Origin: Neophaeotheca triangularis
Taxonomy: Eukaryota
Length of the DNA stretch: 64,000 nucleotides
NCBI GenBank assembly: GCA_054600435.1
Contig: BAAIJX010000022.1
Coordinates: 248,001-312,000 of the forward strand
Reading direction: 5' to 3'
Shown: positions 57,702 to 64,000 of the stretch, piece by piece
How the letters are laid out: each line of letters starts with the position of its first letter
Position numbering within the stretch: the stretch's first letter is position 1
The notes under the pieces: generated by a model
What the model saw: only the letters and a program-made list of their open reading frames with translations
The model's database searches: none
What the model was told of the DNA's origin: nothing
Program-made: the position numbers and the translations under genes

Positions 57702-60386
57702 ATGGCCTCGCTAGGATTGGACTACGATTCCATGGACATTGATGGCCCTTCTTACAACGATATCAGGGCTGTTGATGAGAACAACAACTACAACACCAAC
57801 GAGAACAAGGACATCGATCTGGACATTCCAGACGCCCCCAACGACTTCATTCCGGCTTCGCCCGTCTACAACAAGAAATCCAACTCCATCTACGCCGTCG
57901 CAGCCCAATGTAACGCCGAACGTCTCGCGCGTAGCCACAAGAACGGGTACACGAATGGCTTGAGCACACTTGGTTCCCACAATAAACCAGGCGGCATCCA
58001 TAAGCCGGTGTATACTCCGGTGAAGAACAGCCGTCTCCTCACACAAGCTCTCACCAACAAGAAGTGGGCACCTCCAGCGAAGACTACCGGTCCAGCTCAG
58101 GAAGCCCCCACGTCATACGCTCCTACAAACTCGACTTTGGGCAAGAAAAGGAAGTTTGAGGACAATCAGCAGTATCCAAAGTCTATCCTCAAGAACCACA
58201 ACAGCGACAAGAACAACCCGACGCACACCTTACCTCCGTGGCATCCAGACTTTCCGCATCGTGCAGGTCTGCCCACCGAGGAGAGCCCACCAAAGAAGAA
58301 GTCTCCACTGCTCAAGCGCACCTCTGGTGACAAAACCTTCTTCGAACGCCCAGTCCGTGTCGCTCTCGAGCACGATACCTTGAACGGACATCTCTTCCGC
58401 GACCAGTACGAGAGCGCGTACCGTCACAGCCACCACCCGAACACCTTGGTCATAGACCATCAGAACCGTCCAGACTTTTCAGGCAGCCCGCGCAATACCA
58501 TCACCTCTCCACCACGAGTGATCAGCTCGCCCCGCACCCTGCGACTTCAGCGCCAGCGTGAACTCGGCCAGGATAACTTCTTTTACGGACCCACTCTAAA
58601 GAACGTCCACCACGCCATTATCACCACATACTCTTTCAGCCGAGCCATCGTCAACGGCATTGTACGTGTCTTCAGAGGAGCACCAGAAACATTTCGCACT
58701 ACAATCAACGCCATCAGTACCGACGGTAGCGATCGCAAAAGACGCGCAGTAGAGCGCGCAGACGGAAGCATGGAGTTCGAAGGCTTGCCCGGGTACTATC
58801 CAGACTTGCCCCAGGATTCTCCTCTCAGACTTCTATCGACTACAATAGCTGCCGGTCACAGCAACAGCGAGGATCAGACACCTCCTGCCACACCATCTCC
58901 CCCCGCTTCTTCTTCTTCCGGCGAAAGCCAAAGGACTTCCGCCATCCCCGCCCTCACCACCACCACCGACCAGCTGTCCACGGAGACAGTGGCTGAGCCA
59001 AAAGAGCCAGCAGCGCAAGACGAAAGCTCTGCGCCAGAGACCAAGGAGACCAGCCCCACGGGGCATACCCAAGAATCGATCCCGGTGGAGACGGCCGCCC
59101 CCGAACAACCCGCCAAGGATGCGGAGACTTCCGGTAGCTCCGGCACCGGTTATCCCCACCACGCGCTGCGCGAGCCTTTTGCCTGGCGCCGCGATCGCCC
59201 AAAGGCTCTCCGCGCCCCCCCTCCCCACCCCGCCGGCCGCCTTCCAGCCATCATGACCACCAGGGAGAAGAGCGAGCGCGCCGAGCGCCGCAAAGCCCGC
59301 AGGGATGCCTCGGTGGAGTCTCTCCTAACCGAGGCGCAAAAGCTCACCTTGCTGGCCCGGTCGCGGGCCGAGGACGAAAAGTTCCGCACAGCGGACGAGC
59401 TCGTGGCGGAAGAGCGCCGCAAGAAGCAGGATGCCGTACTGGCGGCAGAAGAGCAGCGCCTGGTCTCGGAGCAGCTGCGCGAAGAAGCGCGCCTTAAGGA
59501 GGAGCGCATCGCTCGCGTCGAAGCCGAGAAAGCGGCCGAACGGGCTCGCCTGGCCGCCGAGCGCGCCCGCAAACAAGCCGCCCAGGGCATCGTTCCCGTG
59601 CTCTCCGCCAGCGCGTCGGCCTCGGTCTCCACCGCCCTGGCCAACCCCGACCCCGCGGCCATCCTGGCCAAATCCGCAGACGGCCTCGTCGACCTCAAGC
59701 GCGGGCCAGTCTTCGAACGCATCCTACCAGCCAACACCTCGGATATGACGGCGAGCTGGCTCAACGACGACGCCGTCAACTCCTGGTTCGCGGCCATTTG
59801 CGCGCGCAAGTCCGAACTCGTCGGCTGGACGAAGCAGAGCTCCAAGGGCAAGCCCCCGCCATTTACCCACTATAACAGCGCGTGGTACAAAGCGGCCAAG
59901 GACAAGAACTGGGACATGAAGATCCTATCCCGCTGGAGCCGCCGCCAATCAATGTCGAACGAGAAACTCCTCCAATGCGAGAAAATTTTCTTCCCAGTGA
60001 ATACAGGCGCGCACTGGACCCTCCTCATCGTCTCACCTCGCGACCGCAAGATCGAATACCTCGACTCCATGGGCGGGCGCGGCGGCAAATGGGCCAACAC
60101 CACGGCACGCGCGTGGCTGAAGATGGAGCTCGGGGAGAAATACGTCGCCGATGAATGGCGCTTTGACGATGAGTCCGTCTCCCAAATGCAGCTCAACTCT
60201 TCCGATTGTGGAGTCTTTGCTTGCTGGAACGGGTTGGCGGCTGCCAAGGGCAGGGAGTTTGAGGACGTCAAGGGCGAGTACATGATGGAGGCTCGGGAGG
60301 CCATGGCGGCGGTATTTTTGGGCGGGGGTTTCAAGGGGGAGTTTGAGCTGGAGGGGAGTGGATGGGAGGGGAGTGCGATTGAGTAG
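57702..60386 (+). CDS. ULP1: Ulp1-family SUMO protease (peptidase C48)
   Basis: WLNDDAVN, FFPVN.GAHWTL (catalytic His), YLDSM (Asp), Q.NSSDCGVF (Gln, Cys); long disordered and coiled-coil N-terminus. Confidence 0.9.
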   Translation: MASLGLDYDSMDIDGPSYNDIRAVDENNNYNTNENKDIDLDIPDAPNDFIPASPVYNKKSNSIYAVAAQCNAERLARSHKNGYTNGLSTLGSHNKPGGIHKPVYTPVKNSRLLTQALTNKKWAPPAKTTGPAQEAPTSYAPTNSTLGKKRKFEDNQQYPKSILKNHNSDKNNPTHTLPPWHPDFPHRAGLPTEESPPKKKSPLLKRTSGDKTFFERPVRVALEHDTLNGHLFRDQYESAYRHSHHPNTLVIDHQNRPDFSGSPRNTITSPPRVISSPRTLRLQRQRELGQDNFFYGPTLKNVHHAIITTYSFSRAIVNGIVRVFRGAPETFRTTINAISTDGSDRKRRAVERADGSMEFEGLPGYYPDLPQDSPLRLLSTTIAAGHSNSEDQTPPATPSPPASSSSGESQRTSAIPALTTTTDQLSTETVAEPKEPAAQDESSAPETKETSPTGHTQESIPVETAAPEQPAKDAETSGSSGTGYPHHALREPFAWRRDRPKALRAPPPHPAGRLPAIMTTREKSERAERRKARRDASVESLLTEAQKLTLLARSRAEDEKFRTADELVAEERRKKQDAVLAAEEQRLVSEQLREEARLKEERIARVEAEKAAERARLAAERARKQAAQGIVPVLSASASASVSTALANPDPAAILAKSADGLVDLKRGPVFERILPANTSDMTASWLNDDAVNSWFAAICARKSELVGWTKQSSKGKPPPFTHYNSAWYKAAKDKNWDMKILSRWSRRQSMSNEKLLQCEKIFFPVNTGAHWTLLIVSPRDRKIEYLDSMGGRGGKWANTTARAWLKMELGEKYVADEWRFDDESVSQMQLNSSDCGVFACWNGLAAAKGREFEDVKGEYMMEAREAMAAVFLGGGFKGEFELEGSGWEGSAIE

Positions 60387-60671
60387 ACGGGAGTGTTTGG
60401 GGCTTCTGAAAAGCGGGCCCGGCTGGGCATTGGGCTTTTGCGGGAGTTGTTTTTGGGTTTTTGCGGGCGGGAGCTTTTTGGCTGCTGCGGGCGTTTTGGC
60501 TTTTGGGACAGCAATGTCAGAGATACCCCACACAGCGGTCGATGGCACGACACGAGCATACGACCACGAACAGCACAGCGAGCGCGCGCGGGTTTTGCAG
60601 CGATTTGGAGGCTTTTGGCGGTTTGCGGGCGGGCGGCTTCTTCTTTCCTCTTTCTTTCCCAACCCTTCCCG

Positions 60672-60746
60672 GTCCTTGGCTTATAGCCGGGACACCTCTT
60701 CCCCTCTTATACTCACATCTTCACGTCCCTGGCTTATAGCTGGGAC
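60672..60746 (+). repeat. Two copies of a 22-nt self-complementary element
   Basis: GTCCTTGGCTTATAGCCGGGAC (60672-60693) and GTCCCTGGCTTATAGCTGGGAC (60725-60746). Confidence 0.85.
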
Positions 60747-62883
60747 GGCGTTGGCCAAGGGGGCTCGGAGTGATAACCGAGAGTCTCTGCGGCTTGCGTT
60801 TGGGGTGGGTGGACAGGGGGGATTTGGGGGGAGGCGCGGGAGGGGGTTTGTAGATAGTAGGTTGTCTTCAAGACTTTGCGATGTTTGCTGTGCGGTTTTC
60901 GTCTTTTGTGTTGTTGCTGTGGTTTGTGATGATGTAATGATTGGTAGGTATGGTGGTTATGATGAGATATACATGTAGACGTCGGTTTGGCAAGTGACAA
61001 CGCTGTGAATACTACTACTGTACTGTACTTGTACTTCTACATACAGCAGGACCGGCCGATCTCTTCTACTGCGTCCAAAGCACCACTCCCGTCCCCATTC
61101 ACTGAAAACACCCACCTAGCAATAGACCTCGACGTCGATAAACTCCCCGCCTGCGACGTCCCTCGAGCTGCTAAGAGAGACCAACCCATCGTCGTTACCT
61201 CAAGAGCCAGACCAAAGGAGCCTTGCTTTAGGGGGAATCGAGCAGTACCGTGTGCCGCGCGCCGCTACTACATATCACAGGGATTTTGTTCCCCGAAGAT
61301 GCCAACGGATATCCGGGCAGAGTATAGACCGCAGACGGAGGACACCGCGTCCCTTCTACTAGGCTACTATGCTACCTTACACGTGTATGTATTGGATACA
61401 TATACAGATAGGCGGGTTTCGACTGCTTCGAAACAAAACAAATGGTCTCACGGGGATGAGGTTGCGTGCAAGTCTCCGAGAACTCATGACCGCAACCATC
61501 GAGTACTTCCCTCCCCCCCTCCTCTTTCGGCGACGAAGAGAGTTTTGGGTCGCCTACTGTAGCCGGGCGTAGAGAGAACCGAGACTTAGGTGTGTCGGAG
61601 ATAAGTTCCTTACTCATATCACCCGGAGCTGTTGCGAACCACGAAACCGTCTGGACTAAGGTGAGTTGCAAAAGGCGGGTTGTGGACCGTGGTGAAGAGG
61701 AATAATCTGGCAAGAGGGATCGAAAATGTTTTTTTTTTTTTACTTTTTGCTCGGGCTTGTCAGGTGTTCCGCCGCGTCGCCGGGGAGGGAGACGGAGGCC
61801 GCGGGATACGGAGGCGGCGGGATAAGTTCCGCGCGTTTTCTCGGTGGGGAGGCGGCCGACATGAGAGTTATATTGAAACCATTGATTGGCATGTAATGAT
61901 ACTTGAAATGGACAATGGGATTGGAGATGAGGAAGATGCGCGATCATGAAACGAACAAAAAGCTACCTCGGTCAGACATGGAGAGGGAGATGTGTTTCTA
62001 TGGACCATGGGCCATCCATCCATGGACGAGAAAGTGCGGAAAAGGTGCGAGGCTATCAACGACTTCCCCCCCCGACAGCACCAGCAAAAAAAAGGGATCC
62101 TGGACGCGGTACCCGACAGACTGGCACATTTGCACCGAATATCTGCTCGTAACGTGGCCGCCCGGGTTGTAGTTTTTGTCTTAGTCTCCTTGTTCAGATC
62201 ATTAATCACAATAGAATTAAGTAAATAATGTCCTGATTCTTCTCTTCCCTCCACTCCGTAAGCGACGGAGCTACTACGCAGGGCGGCGATTGGATACGAA
62301 CGTGTAGTAGTACTGTACCTAGCAAAAGAGACTACTACGACGCATGGAAGTATTATTATTCAATTATTACTGTGACGCGGCTCCAAAAACAACCAACGGC
62401 CTTCTCCTTCGGCAGTCAAGCAGGCAGCTCAATAATCTTGGAATAACTACTTTGAGACTTTTGGATACGGATACGGCTGTCCTGGACGAATGTCGACTTG
62501 GGTGTTTCCGCCCTTTCTCTGCTCGCTCGGTTGCTTGCTTGCCCTTTCTCTCTCTCTCTCTCGCTCTCTCTCTCTCGACCATACTCGTCTTTTCTTTTAG
62601 GGCACATCGGCTGCTTCTACCGAGACAGGGCACACCTCATCTTATCAATCTCGACCGACATCCATCCATCTGTCTTGTCCCGTCCCGTCCTGTCCTGGAG
62701 CGATATCGGCTGGTCACAAGTTTTGGTGAAAACAGCTGGAGGACCTACCAGACGGCGACGGGCTCCGATGATTGATTGAGCTGAGCTGCTCAGCCCTGTT
62801 CCGAAGCCAATCGACTATAACTAATGCCTCGGGGTGAACATCCCGTTGATATAGACCGGCTCGAACGATTAGTGGTGGCGAGC

Positions 62884-63511
62884 ATGAATCAATGGGATTT
62901 TCAGCATCAGCACCAGCACCAGCACCAGCACCAGCATCAGCTCCACCAGCTCGACCCCACGTATTTTGGCGGCCAAGGTGCGACTTCGTCCGTCGATGCC
63001 AATGCGCATCCGCATCATGCCAACGCTGCTTCTTTCAATGCGGCTTCGCTTCCGACGCAGCCCTATCAAGCTGATCAGAGACCGGGAGCCATGACAGGTA
63101 CGTCGTCTCACCACAAACTAGGTCCCTACCCTACACCTCTTCACTCTCGCCATGTGTGTCGCGAGTCTTGTAAAACGTGTACATCGCCCTACTCACACTA
63201 CCATGCAGCAACCTTCCATCTCAACCGCGCCGTCTCGGGCACCCCGTCAGCACCCATGCCGGACGATGCGCATATGCTTGGCCGACAACCGAAGAGAAGG
63301 AGAACGGGCGAGAATCTAAGCCAAGAGGCAACATGGCAATATGGTGGCATGCACGAAGCATCGTCGTTTATCGCGCCCGCGTATGGCAATGTTGAACCTA
63401 GGCAGAGCAACTCGCCCATGCCGCATGATGACTACATGACCAACCCGGCCTTGCGATACGCCAATGCTGCCCCATACGGACAACAGCAACATCAACAGCA
63501 ACATCAACAGC

Positions 63512-63554
<43 letters not shown>

Positions 63555-64000
63555 GCCCACACCAGCATATATGCCGCCATCACAGAGCCCGGCGTTTGCA
63601 TCGCATTGGTCGAACTCTCCTTCTGCTGGACAGCAGCAATATGCAGCCCCTACGAGCTATGCGACTAATCAACCCGGCGGAAGCTCCATGCCAACATACC
63701 CCAATCATCCGGGCGACGTTCATTCGGGGATGGGGTTCGAGGTCCCGGGTTTCCAGAACTACCAGGGCATGGGAACGTTGACGTCTAGCTTTGATGGCTT
63801 GGGCAGTGCACAACGGCAGGCTTCTGGGCAGGCTCGTCCCGCTTCGGGGGTTTCTTTTGAGGATGCAAGCATGCATCTGAAGCTGCAAAGTCTGCCGATG
63901 TTGGATAATTTGGTAAGTCTGAGCATATTCCAAGATGGGAGCGGAGACATGTCCCGCAGACTCCATCTTCGGCAAGCATGGTACTCTGTGAAGGCATCTT
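62884..64000 (+). CDS. TBF1: 5' part of a Tbf1-like telomere repeat-binding factor; possible intron 63098-63208, intron starting at 63913 runs off the window
   Basis: Stop-free frame from ATG 62884 with a (QH)n tract, PKRRR NLS and poly-Q. It ends in DASMHLKLQSLPMLDNL|GTAAGT; SLP.LDNL is the start of the fungal Tbf1 TRF-like domain as I recall it. Confidence 0.68.
63481..63555 (+). repeat. CAA-rich trinucleotide repeat encoding poly-Q
   Basis: CAA/CAG/CAT codon run in the TBF1-like frame. Confidence 0.95.

Noticed and set aside
1..64000. tRNA, rRNA, intact transposon or secondary-metabolite cluster
   Set aside because: No T-loop GTTCRA in a cloverleaf context, no rRNA-like sequence, and no transposase, RT, PKS or NRPS motifs seen by eye.

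Overview
Gene-dense euchromatic window from a filamentous ascomycete (Pezizomycotina; a Dothideomycete origin is only a guess). Evidence: short GT-AG introns with CTRAC branch points, plus xlnR and con-10. I rebuilt about 26 gene models by hand, including splice junctions the ORF track misses. Most are conserved housekeeping genes: GPN2, BUB3, URB1, an Eap1/4E-T-like eIF4E-binding protein, an F-box protein, xlnR, DBR1, an Rpp21/Snm1-family subunit, ZPR1, TAF10, con-10, an MFS transporter, CHO2, SEN54, mitochondrial uS5m, DAD3, ULP1 and a partial TBF1-like gene. Orphans are interspersed. I found no tRNA, rRNA, CRISPR array, intact transposon or biosynthetic cluster. The most unusual signals are: (1) a tandem pair of RBR E3 ligases with complementary degeneration of the catalytic domain, one apparently having captured a transmembrane exon and carrying a frameshift rescuable by an alternative splice acceptor; (2) a 335-nt strand-specifically structured intron in DAD3; (3) a diverged ~580-bp non-coding tandem duplication that preserved a 60-nt intron in both copies; (4) a translation-repressor-like protein combining eIF4E-, Dhh1/DDX6- and GYF-binding motifs with two stop-free in-frame introns; (5) a near-perfect 77-bp hairpin behind the Rpp21/Snm1 gene; (6) an intronized acidic coding segment. 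All family assignments come from motif recognition by eye, not database searches.
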